This document shows, in pieces, positions 39,827 to 48,940 of a stretch of DNA of 64,000 nt. A model generated the notes under the pieces. It was not told the DNA's origin and did no database searches. It was given only the letters and a program-made list of their open reading frames with translations. Both the position numbers and the translations under genes were made by a program. The DNA is from a virus (taxonomy: Duplodnaviria; Caudoviricetes). The stretch spans positions 53,149-117,148 of the IMG/VR virus record IMGVR_UViG_3300021431_004509, one strand, 5' to 3'. The first letter of the stretch is position 1; each line of letters starts with the position of its first letter.

Positions 39827-40990
39827 TTGATCTACTTGGACAACGCGGCCACGACCGCGATGCGTCCGGAGGTTCTGGACGCCATGTTCCCGTACATGAA
39901 AGAAGCTTACGGGAATCCCGGCTCTGTGTACAGCCTCGGCCGCGAGGCAAGAGCAGCCGTCGACACGGCCCGCTCTCAGGTCGCAGAGTTTATGGGCTGC
40001 AAGCCGGAACAGGTGGTCTTCACCTCCGGCGGCTCTGAGGGAAACAACCTCATTATCCGCGGCCTGGAGGAGGAACTGCGCCGCAGGGGTAGAACGTCTG
40101 TCGTCGTCTCAAAGATCGAGCACGACAGTGTGCTCAAAGCAGCCCGTGCTCTCTGTATAAAAGACGGATTTCATTTGCTTACGGTCTCGCCGAATAAGTT
40201 CGGCATGATCCCAGCCTGCTCCGTCTCCCAACAGCTTCGGTTTAACAGAACCGGACTTGTTTCCGTCATGGCGGCCAACAACGAAACCGGCGTGGAAAAC
40301 ACCGTCAGCTGGATCAGCGACATCTGCCACGATGACGGGGCTTTGTTCCATACCGATATGGTGCAGGAGGCCGGGTGCGCCCCGCTCCGCGTCACAGAAC
40401 AGGGGGTGGATTTCGCGACCATCTCTTCCCACAAGATCCACGGCCCGAAAGGGGTCGGCGCCATTTACGGGAAGGATCTTTCGCTGCTCTCGCCGCTGAT
40501 CTGCGGCGGTGCCGATCAGGAATTCGGGCTTCGCGGCGGTACGGAAAACGTGGCCGGGATCGTAGGCTTTGGGAAAGCCTGCGAGATTTCCAGCAGGGAG
40601 CTTGCGGCAAACGCAGCTGCGATGAAAGAGCTGTGGCTGCTCTTCTTGAACACGCTCAAAGGGAAATTGAAAATCGGAAAGGACTTTGCAGTCAACGGTC
40701 TCGGCGCCTGCACCACACGCAAGGCGATAAGCGTCCTGTTCCCGGGTGTGGACGCCCAGAGCCTGATCCTGATGCTCGATGCACTGGGTATTTGTGTGTC
40801 GGCTGGTTCCGCCTGCCGCAGTCATGAGTCCACGCCGAGCCATGTGCTCACGGCGATGGGGCTTTCGGCCGAGGATGCGCACAGCACCATACGCGTGTCG
40901 TTTTCCGAGCTGAACACGCCGGAGGAAGTCGCGTTTGCAGCGAATAAAATCGCGGACTGTGTGAATTACATCAGGGAAATCCGTGTATGA
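39827..40990 (+). CDS. iscS: Cysteine desulfurase (IscS/NifS family)
   Basis: IYLDNAATT, GNPGS, FTSGGSE, SSHKIHGPKGVG (PLP Lys), SAGSAC (catalytic Cys). Confidence 0.93.
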   Translation: MIYLDNAATTAMRPEVLDAMFPYMKEAYGNPGSVYSLGREARAAVDTARSQVAEFMGCKPEQVVFTSGGSEGNNLIIRGLEEELRRRGRTSVVVSKIEHDSVLKAARALCIKDGFHLLTVSPNKFGMIPACSVSQQLRFNRTGLVSVMAANNETGVENTVSWISDICHDDGALFHTDMVQEAGCAPLRVTEQGVDFATISSHKIHGPKGVGAIYGKDLSLLSPLICGGADQEFGLRGGTENVAGIVGFGKACEISSRELAANAAAMKELWLLFLNTLKGKLKIGKDFAVNGLGACTTRKAISVLFPGVDAQSLILMLDALGICVSAGSACRSHESTPSHVLTAMGLSAEDAHSTIRVSFSELNTPEEVAFAANKIADCVNYIREIRV

Positions 40991-42228
40991 CCGGTGGAAA
41001 ATGACTGAGCTGAAATATCCAAGGGGTGAGCACGTCTGGACCGGGTATTACAGCAGGTCCGGGCAGCTCCTCTTTATCGTCACCAGTAAAGAAGCCCGCG
41101 ACTGGTACTATTTATACAAGCTCGAAAACGACGTCTTCAAAAAGCTTGGCAAAGCGCGTGAACCGCCTGAGCTTGAACAAAAATTTGGTGTATATGAGGC
41201 GATAAACAACAATTGAACCGAGAGGAAAACTATGATAAGATTGTCAGCAGAAACGGAGGGATCTCAATGGATGTAGAAGAAAAAATGGACGGCAGGATGG
41301 AGGATTTGATTGTCGCCATTGGGAAACTTATGGCGGCGGAAGATGCAAAGACTTCTATCCTGAACAAGGATAGGCTCAGGAAAGTCAAATTCGTGTACGA
41401 CGCAATCAAGACGATGCTTTTAAAGCCTGAAATGGAGCTGACCTACGAGCTTAACGCGCCGCTGAAAAGCATGGCAAGCATCTCCCTTACGGGGAAGGAT
41501 CTTTGCTTTTCAAATGCGGAGTGGTTCTCCAGAGCCGCGGAATTTTCTGATACCATTGACGTCGAACCGCTCGTAAACGGCAAGGTCAGGTTGACGTTCG
41601 GTTTCCACGGGCTTACAACCCCAATTGAATAAGGTGGTGATTCTATGAAGCTGACTTGTTTTGACGCCGTTGATCTGGCGATTGCCGGGGCGATTGAAAG
41701 CCACGGATTCCATGAAACCTGTAATTACAGGATGGATGTCGTCCAGGCAGATTGCAAACGGATGGATAAGATCGCAGATGAAAACGACTGCGATTCCGTA
41801 AGTGCGTCCGTCGATACGATGAGTGGCGCGTTGACGGTTTCTCTCCGCTGCCCGGTCATCGAATTTGATACAAGCCGCAATGCGTTTCTGGATATCATCG
41901 AACATGCGGATCTTTTCCGGTTCAGCTTTGAAGACGACAATGTGCTTCTGTCGTTTACCTACCAGGGGGTGCTTTCCAAGTGAATAGGGAAAGACGCGCA
42001 AAGATCAGCATGGCGATTGATAAGATCCACACCGCGGGGCATCTCTTGTCCCAAGCCGTGACCTATATTTCGTCCGCGGCAGACGGCGAGCGGGACGCGT
42101 TCGACAATCTCCCGGAGAGTCTGCAGGAATCTGACCGGTTTTCTTCAATGGAAGACACGGCAGACGAACTGGAGACGATATCGTCAGACCTGGATGATAT
42201 CGTCTCTCGTATTAATGGGTTGATTTAA
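40983..42228 (+). other. Four short hypothetical ORFs (40983-41216, 41213-41632, 41645-41983, 41980-42228)
   Basis: Overlapping stop/start junctions. Confidence 0.65.
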
Positions 42229-42252
42229 TTTGTTGTTATAGGAGAGGGTATT

Positions 42253-42903
42253 ATGTTCTGGATTCCGATCGCTGTTCTGGTTTTCTTTGCTCACGTTATT
42301 CTTCTCGCCGTCGGTAACGCGAAGGATGCAAATAATAAACGCAAGGAAGACGCTTTCAAACAAGAGCGGGACCGCTTCATCAAGGCAGTAACCGACGAAC
42401 GCCTTGAAGAAAAAGCAAAGGATCTTGCCGTGTCTATGTCAAAGGAAGAGCGTCTTAGATTCATTGGGGAATTTGCCGGCGACAGCAGTTTGCATTGGGA
42501 ATATCTTGCATTTCCATCTATGGCCGGGCCAGAAGAAAATAAATATACAGATATGTGGGGTACCTACATCCTTGCCTTTATGGCATCAAAAGGGAAACTG
42601 CCAAGAAGGGGTGTATATGATATTATCTATCATAGCTGTTGCAATACTGTGGATGGGCGCGAGGAGACTGATAGGATGGCATTTATGATGATGTCAAAAG
42701 TACAGAGTATACTGAGAGCACGTTACCCAGAACTTGGTATAGAGCTTTTAATCCAGCCTGCAGGCGGAGGCCCGATTGGATATTACCGATTTGATGAGTA
42801 TAAGAATAAGCTTGGTACAGGGAAGTTGAGAAGTGAAATGGCACGCACCAGATTTACATGGAATAAGACAACTATGAAATCCCTGATCAAGTCTGTCGGC
42901 TGA
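42253..42903 (+). CDS. Membrane-anchored hypothetical protein
   Basis: N-terminal hydrophobic helix; AT-richer codon use. Confidence 0.7.
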   Translation: MFWIPIAVLVFFAHVILLAVGNAKDANNKRKEDAFKQERDRFIKAVTDERLEEKAKDLAVSMSKEERLRFIGEFAGDSSLHWEYLAFPSMAGPEENKYTDMWGTYILAFMASKGKLPRRGVYDIIYHSCCNTVDGREETDRMAFMMMSKVQSILRARYPELGIELLIQPAGGGPIGYYRFDEYKNKLGTGKLRSEMARTRFTWNKTTMKSLIKSVG

Positions 42904-43120
42904 CCTGCGCCTATAACATGACCTTCCTCCTATAACAACTATTTAATCACAGACCATTGACATAGCAGCATCTTCCAACGCTTCCAGTAAATTTTGGGTG
43001 GTGCGGACCTAGATAAATACCTTGTCGTCATGCTATAATCGGATTATCAAGGATCGGCAGCAAGGCGAATGGGCGAGGTTCGCACCGACAAAATCAAAAC
43101 CCGGAGGTAGTAGATAACTG

Positions 43121-43462
43121 ATGACAAAGCAAATGAAACCATTGGAATTTAAGCAGTACATAGCGCACAACAAACCAAAGCAGGTCAAGTTTGGGTCAGA
43201 TGATCAAAGATGGTTCGACCCTCTTGGCGTTGCTCCGACGTATTGCTTGTCGTTCCCGTGCATTGACGTAGGCGTTAGCCCGCCTGATATTCGGATTTTC
43301 GACTCGACTGGAGCAAACTTTGTCCGCTTTGAAGGGGTGAAGTATATCAGCGTAGAAAAGGTTGTTCCTGACGCTTTGAGAGTAAAATTCCGCATTTTCT
43401 GTGAGTCCCCACTTCGTGAAAGCACGCCGGCGAGCAGGGAATTTGTCGTCTGGGCCGAATAA
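43121..43462 (+). CDS. Hypothetical protein
   Basis: GGAGG RBS; TGCTATAAT extended -10 upstream. Confidence 0.65.
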   Translation: MTKQMKPLEFKQYIAHNKPKQVKFGSDDQRWFDPLGVAPTYCLSFPCIDVGVSPPDIRIFDSTGANFVRFEGVKYISVEKVVPDALRVKFRIFCESPLRESTPASREFVVWAE

Positions 43463-43470
43463 AAAATAAC

Positions 43471-43499
43471 TTGACCTTTTTGAGCTTTTCCTATATAAT
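43471..43499 (+). promoter_or_regulatory. Sigma-A promoter
   Basis: TTGACC-17 bp-TATAAT. Confidence 0.7.
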
Positions 43500-43541
43500 G
43501 TCGTTCGTAGGAAACAGGTGTACAGGAAGGGGTCAAACAAA

Positions 43542-44507
43542 ATGGCGAAGAACAGACCGATGTACAATGAGGATTTGAAACGGGCATTTATTGATGACAC
43601 AATCCAGAGCGACAGCAGCAGGATCGTCGCCGAAAATGCATTCCGTGCAATCTTCCCGTACGAAAAAGCCTGGGGAGCAGACTATTGCACGCGTACGGTC
43701 GAAGAAATTACGCCAGTCCTGGAGAAGATCAGTGGCCTGAAGGCGCGCAGCAGATATACAAGGTTGAACCTTTTCTCCGATTATTCCAAGTGGTGCGTCA
43801 AAAACGGAGTCCCGGGCGCAATTGACAATACGGTTTCCCGCGCAGATCTCGGCCCCGGGAAACTGGATCAGACGACCATTCGAAATCCGGAGCACCTGCA
43901 GCATAGTTTGGATATGATTTTTGAACCGGAATCCGAGGAGACAGTTGATAATACCTATCGGTGCTTTTTCTGGCTTGCATACGGCGGCATGATGATCGAG
44001 GACGCTGTTGAGCTTACATCCAAAGATATCGATTTTGAAAGCATGACGGCTGAGCACGGGGAATCATCTGCCGTTCTGTACAGGCAGGGATTACCTGCGA
44101 TACACAACTGTATCAGACTCACGCAGTTTCGGTACAAGCACCCAAACTATAAACCAGTGTGGAAAAACAGAATCAACGGTGAAGAAATCCTCCGCGGCAC
44201 AAAAGGAGGAAAAGTATCCGATACAAGCATCCGTTCCCTGATCTCCAGAAGGATCGGCAGGGATGCGACTGATTCGACCATTCTGCTGAGTTACCAGCGC
44301 GTATGGAGATGCGGCGTATACTATCGCCTGTACGAAAAAGAGCAGGCAGGTGTCTCGCCGAACTTCTATTTTGCGTCAATGAGCAGCCCTACAGGCAGGA
44401 AACTTTTAAGCAAAGAACAAAACAGCAATACCCGCAGGAGAATCATACAAATGGCATCAGATTTCAAGCGGGATTATATGGACTGGAAAAGGATTGTACA
44501 AATATAA
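43542..44507 (+). CDS. MrpR(YopR)-like repressor with degenerate tyrosine-recombinase fold
   Basis: MYNEDLKRAFI...YEKAWGAD...FWLAYGG...L...DIDF; lacks catalytic R/H/Y; own promoter and a hairpin after the stop; family call from memory of SPbeta MrpR. Confidence 0.55.
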   Translation: MAKNRPMYNEDLKRAFIDDTIQSDSSRIVAENAFRAIFPYEKAWGADYCTRTVEEITPVLEKISGLKARSRYTRLNLFSDYSKWCVKNGVPGAIDNTVSRADLGPGKLDQTTIRNPEHLQHSLDMIFEPESEETVDNTYRCFFWLAYGGMMIEDAVELTSKDIDFESMTAEHGESSAVLYRQGLPAIHNCIRLTQFRYKHPNYKPVWKNRINGEEILRGTKGGKVSDTSIRSLISRRIGRDATDSTILLSYQRVWRCGVYYRLYEKEQAGVSPNFYFASMSSPTGRKLLSKEQNSNTRRRIIQMASDFKRDYMDWKRIVQI

Positions 44508-44673
44508 GGAGCCCATGCCTATGGGCTCCCGTTATTTTGGTCTGTCAAGTCAAAAATATGAATATTGGTGGTGATGCCAGTGAGAACAACCAACCGGTCG
44601 GTTGCGGACAATCCCATGTAGCGCAGCCCGCAGCTATGCGGGCTTTTCAAAAATCTAAACGAATGGAGAACAT

Positions 44674-45372
44674 ATGGCAGCAAAAGAGTTGAATTTATAC
44701 CAGAAACTCGCAAAGATCAGGCGCTCTGTCGAGGTTCTGCAGAAGGACAAGAGCGCCTTTAACTACCGCTATGTCACAGACGCTGCGATCCTCGCCAAGA
44801 TCACCGGCCTGATGGACAATCTGCACGTCTCCCTGATCCCTGGCATTGTGCCGGGCACCTCGGTTGTGAAACCTTATGAGTACGTCAAGACCAAGGTCAA
44901 CAAAAAGACCGGGGAAGTTTATGATGAACGCAACGCCGAGATCATCGTCCAGGCGGATGCGGTTTACACCTGGGTCAACGATGACGACCCGACAGAGCGG
45001 ATCGAGGTCCCCTGGCTTCTGGTCGGCCAGCAGGAGGACGCTTCTCAGAGCTTCGGCTCCGGTATGACCTATACCTACCGCTATTTCCTGCTGAAATACT
45101 TCGGTTCCTCCACAGTCGAGGACGACCCGGACAGCTGGCGTGCCAAGCAGAAGGAATCTGCCGAGGCGGAGAGCAGGGAAACGGCGGAAAAGCTGATCGG
45201 CGAGGTGGATCTCGTCGTTCGCCAGTTCTGTGCGGACAATCCGGAGAAAACGGATGATCTGCAGAAGTTTTTGAGCCGGTACGTCAAGTCCGGCGCCTAT
45301 AAAAAGATCACGGAGCCCGTTCTCGCGGCGAAGCTCCTGGATGATCTGAAAATTTTCGTGAAGGGGGAGTAA
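44674..45372 (+). CDS. Erf-family ssDNA annealing protein
   Basis: NLYQKLAKIR...KDK..FNYRY...QSFGSGMTYTYRYFLLKYF...DDPD. Confidence 0.85.
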   Translation: MAAKELNLYQKLAKIRRSVEVLQKDKSAFNYRYVTDAAILAKITGLMDNLHVSLIPGIVPGTSVVKPYEYVKTKVNKKTGEVYDERNAEIIVQADAVYTWVNDDDPTERIEVPWLLVGQQEDASQSFGSGMTYTYRYFLLKYFGSSTVEDDPDSWRAKQKESAEAESRETAEKLIGEVDLVVRQFCADNPEKTDDLQKFLSRYVKSGAYKKITEPVLAAKLLDDLKIFVKGE

Positions 45373-45374
45373 TC

Positions 45375-45773
45375 ATGGGTTTCAGACAGGGCGCTTTCGC
45401 CACCGTATGGGACGTTGAGCAGAAATCTGACCGCTGGACAAAGATCCGCGTCAGCATTTCCAGAAAGAACAAAGATACCGATGAGTATGAGGAGGAGTTC
45501 AGCGGATTTATCGACTGCATTGGCTCCGCCTGCGCTCCGAAGGCCGCCAAGCTCCAGAAGCGCGACCGCATCAAGCTTGGCAGCGTGGATGTCACCACGT
45601 CGTACAACAAGGAGCGCGGTGTCACCTACACCAACTTCAAAATGATGAGTTTCGACCGTGCAGACGAGGACGGCGGACAGCAGACGCCTGCCGGCGGCGG
45701 CCGCGACACCCATCAGACTGCTTCTCAGCCCTACGAGGGCGAGAACGAGCAGGACGACGATTACCCCTTCTGA
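45375..45773 (+). CDS. ssb: Single-stranded DNA-binding protein
   Basis: OB-fold size, acidic tail DDDYPF, replication context. Confidence 0.8.
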   Translation: MGFRQGAFATVWDVEQKSDRWTKIRVSISRKNKDTDEYEEEFSGFIDCIGSACAPKAAKLQKRDRIKLGSVDVTTSYNKERGVTYTNFKMMSFDRADEDGGQQTPAGGGRDTHQTASQPYEGENEQDDDYPF

Positions 45774-45786
45774 TTGGACGGCCTGA

Positions 45787-46590
45787 ATGGGAGATGTGAA
45801 TTATGAGCCGCTCTTTCGCGGCATGACATGGAGCTTCTCCCGTGTCAGAACCTTCCAAACCTGTCCGCAGCATGGCTATCTGCATTACCTGATGGAGCTG
45901 CCGGAGGAGGAAATGTTCTATTCCTCCTACGGCAGCTTCTGCCACGACCTGATTGCCCGGTATTACACCGGGGAACTGAAACAGGAAGAACTTCTGCCGG
46001 AATTTTTGCAGGGCTTTCCGTTCCGTGTGATGGGGGAGCGCCCGAGCCCGAAAATCGAGCGAAAGTACCTCGATCAGGGGGCGGAATACTTTGAAAAGTT
46101 CCAGCCGTTCCCGCTTGAAACGCTCGCCGTCGAGCAGGAGCTCCGTTTCTCCGTCGACGATGTGAATTTTGTCGGTTTTCTGGATTATCTCGGCAGGGAT
46201 TCAGACGGGAAACTGATTCTGGTCGATCACAAGTCAGCAGACCTGAAGCCGCGCAGCACACGCAGGAAATACACACGCGACGATCAGAAACTGGATGACA
46301 CCCTGATGCAGTTGTATCTGTATTCCAAGTGGATACACGATCAATATGGGGAATATCCGTCTGAACTCTGGCTCAACTGTTTTCGGACCGGCGTTTTGAT
46401 CCGTGAGCCGTTTTCCGTTGATAGTTTTTCTCTTGCGGAAGAATGGGCTTTGAAATCCGTCAGGAAACTCTATTCGGAGAGCGATTTCTTCCCGGAAGAT
46501 GACTGGTATTACTGCCGTTGGGTGTGCGGTATGCACAACCATTGCGATTTATACCAGGATGAGCTGGCAGAAAGGAGGCGGCGCAGATGA
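45787..46590 (+). CDS. PD-(D/E)XK (RecB/Cas4-like) exonuclease
   Basis: WSFSRV..F.TCP, GFLD, LVDHKS, QLYLY, C-terminal C..VC....C. Confidence 0.85.
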   Translation: MGDVNYEPLFRGMTWSFSRVRTFQTCPQHGYLHYLMELPEEEMFYSSYGSFCHDLIARYYTGELKQEELLPEFLQGFPFRVMGERPSPKIERKYLDQGAEYFEKFQPFPLETLAVEQELRFSVDDVNFVGFLDYLGRDSDGKLILVDHKSADLKPRSTRRKYTRDDQKLDDTLMQLYLYSKWIHDQYGEYPSELWLNCFRTGVLIREPFSVDSFSLAEEWALKSVRKLYSESDFFPEDDWYYCRWVCGMHNHCDLYQDELAERRRRR

Positions 46591-47936
46591 AAGACATCAT
46601 GGTCGAGCGTGCAGGCGATATCAACGACATTCACGCGGAAGCCGGCATCGTTGCCACGCTGATCCAGCATCCGGACTACTATTTTCATGCGGAGGAACTG
46701 CTCCCGCAGCATTTTACGCGCTGGGACAACCGGCGCCTGTATACGGCACTGTCTGAACTCGCCCTGAAAGGCGCAAAATATGTCGATGCGTATATGATCG
46801 TGGAAGTCCTGAACTCCAAGCCCTCGACGAGCGGTTATGTGGATGAAATCACCGTTGACCAGGTTCAGGAGACCATCGTCAGCGGCCAGGGAATCGCTCG
46901 CAACAGCGTGGAGGAATACCTTATCCTCGTTTCCAGTGTCCTGGACAAGGCCATGCGCCGCGATGCGTATATCAAGCTGGATGAGTGCAAGGGATACTGT
47001 ACTGACCTTAGTATAGAGGACTTCGAGCAGCAGATCTATAAGACCATCGATGAAATTACAACGACCTATTCCATCCGGCAGGATATTCCGAGCTTCGCTG
47101 AAGTGGTCGACGACTATTGGCGGGAAATCGAGAGCCGACAGGGCGACGGGTATGCGGGAATTCCATTCAAGTTCCCGGCACTGAACGAATACGCGACCAT
47201 GGAGAAGGGCGAACTGATCATCTTTGCTGCAGAGGCAAAGCAGGGCAAGTCCATGTTCCTTTTGAATTGCGCGGCAGATCTGATGCGGCAAGACAAATCG
47301 GTTTTGTACTTGGATTCCGAGCTGAACACGCGGATGTTCACCGCAAGAATGGTGGCGCATCTGTCCGGCGTGGAATTCAAGCGCGTAACCGCCGGTACTT
47401 ACACCGAGGAGGAGCACCAGCGCATCCTGGACAACCTGGAATGGCTGAAAACCAAAAAGCTTACGCATCTATACCTGCCAACATTTGACGTCCAGAGCGC
47501 GTACAGCGCCGTCAAGAAGGTTTCACACATGTTTGGTTCACTTGATGTGGTCATCGTGGACTATTTCAAGTCGTCGGGCGATGGTGACGCCTTCGCAACG
47601 TATAACGAGCTCGGTAAATTCGTGGATTGTATAAAAAACAAAATCTGCGGCGGCATGAACATTGCCGGGATCGGCGCTGCGCAGGCCACAACCACCGGAA
47701 AACTCGCCGACTCCGCAAAAATCGTCCGAAACGCCTCCACAATCTGCATGCTGCAGGATAAAACACCGGACGAAATTGAAGCGGACGGCCCTGACTGCGG
47801 CAATAAGAAGCTGCGTGTGGTTTTTAACCGCAACGGGCCGCAAATGTCGGCAGATGAGTATATTGACATGCATTTTGACGGCAATCATGTGCTCTATGAG
47901 GAGGCACAGCAGCACGTTCCGCAGATGCCGTTCTGA
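46587..47936 (+). CDS. DnaB-like replicative helicase
   Basis: AEAGIVATL N-domain, AEAKQGKS Walker A, YLDSE, IVDY. Confidence 0.88.
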   Translation: MKDIMVERAGDINDIHAEAGIVATLIQHPDYYFHAEELLPQHFTRWDNRRLYTALSELALKGAKYVDAYMIVEVLNSKPSTSGYVDEITVDQVQETIVSGQGIARNSVEEYLILVSSVLDKAMRRDAYIKLDECKGYCTDLSIEDFEQQIYKTIDEITTTYSIRQDIPSFAEVVDDYWREIESRQGDGYAGIPFKFPALNEYATMEKGELIIFAAEAKQGKSMFLLNCAADLMRQDKSVLYLDSELNTRMFTARMVAHLSGVEFKRVTAGTYTEEEHQRILDNLEWLKTKKLTHLYLPTFDVQSAYSAVKKVSHMFGSLDVVIVDYFKSSGDGDAFATYNELGKFVDCIKNKICGGMNIAGIGAAQATTTGKLADSAKIVRNASTICMLQDKTPDEIEADGPDCGNKKLRVVFNRNGPQMSADEYIDMHFDGNHVLYEEAQQHVPQMPF

Positions 47937-47956
47937 TTTTGCCGGAGGGATGACGT

Positions 47957-48940
47957 ATGGATCTGAAAACACTCCTGGAAGAGATCGATATTGTGGAATA
48001 TATCTCACAGTATATCGAACTGGAGCAGAAGGGCGATGAATTTTGGGGGCTTTCCTGCTTCAAGGAGGAAAAAACGCCGTCTTTCTCCGTTCGGCCGGAG
48101 ACAAGGAGCTTTTATGACTTCTCCTCCGGCATCGGTGGGAATCTTTACACCTTTGTGCGTTACCACGATAAGTGCTCGCCGAGTGAAGCGTATGAAAAAC
48201 TGCTTCGATACGCCGGTGAGGACGCGGAAAAGCCAAAAAGGGCGCGGAAGTTGGATTCGACCCGTGTTTTCATGCAGTTTGCCAACAAACAGGGCACACA
48301 AAAGGAGTCTGTGGTTAGCATTTTACCGCCTGATACCATGCTCCGCTACGAGGATGACCGTGAAAAGCTCAAACTCTGGGCAGATGAGGGCATTTCGTAT
48401 GATGTGATGGAGAATTTCCAGGTGCGCTACGACCGTTTTGCCGATCGGATCGTCTATCCGATCCGGGATGTGGACGGAAATATCGTCAACATCGGCGGCA
48501 GGACGCTCGACCCGGACTGGAAGGCAAAAAAACTGCGGAAATATAACTATTATTACAAGTGGGGCCGCATGCAGACCATCTATGGCATTGCGGAGAACAG
48601 AGAAGCGATCCGCGAGGAGGGTGAAATCATCCTTTTTGAGGGCTGCAAGAGCGTTTTGAAAGCGGCCTCGTGGGGAATTCATAACTGCGGTGCTATCCTG
48701 ACCAGCCATTTAAGCCCAGATCAGATGCGCATCTTGATCAATCTTGGATGCAACGTGGTTTTTGCCCTCGATAAGGACGTGGATATCCGCAAGGATCACA
48801 ACATCGGCAAGCTTAGAAGTTTTATGAACGTCTTCTACCTGAAGGACCGGGAAAATCTTCTCTCGGAGAAGGACGCGCCGGTCGACAATGGGGAAGAGGT
48901 CTTCCGAAAGCTCTATGAAAGGAGGCTTCGGTATCGATAA
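47957..48940 (+). CDS. DnaG-like primase
   Basis: Zn-finger-like FKEEKTPSF, RIVYPI, GGR, TOPRIM FEG and LDKD. Confidence 0.88.
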   Translation: MDLKTLLEEIDIVEYISQYIELEQKGDEFWGLSCFKEEKTPSFSVRPETRSFYDFSSGIGGNLYTFVRYHDKCSPSEAYEKLLRYAGEDAEKPKRARKLDSTRVFMQFANKQGTQKESVVSILPPDTMLRYEDDREKLKLWADEGISYDVMENFQVRYDRFADRIVYPIRDVDGNIVNIGGRTLDPDWKAKKLRKYNYYYKWGRMQTIYGIAENREAIREEGEIILFEGCKSVLKAASWGIHNCGAILTSHLSPDQMRILINLGCNVVFALDKDVDIRKDHNIGKLRSFMNVFYLKDRENLLSEKDAPVDNGEEVFRKLYERRLRYR

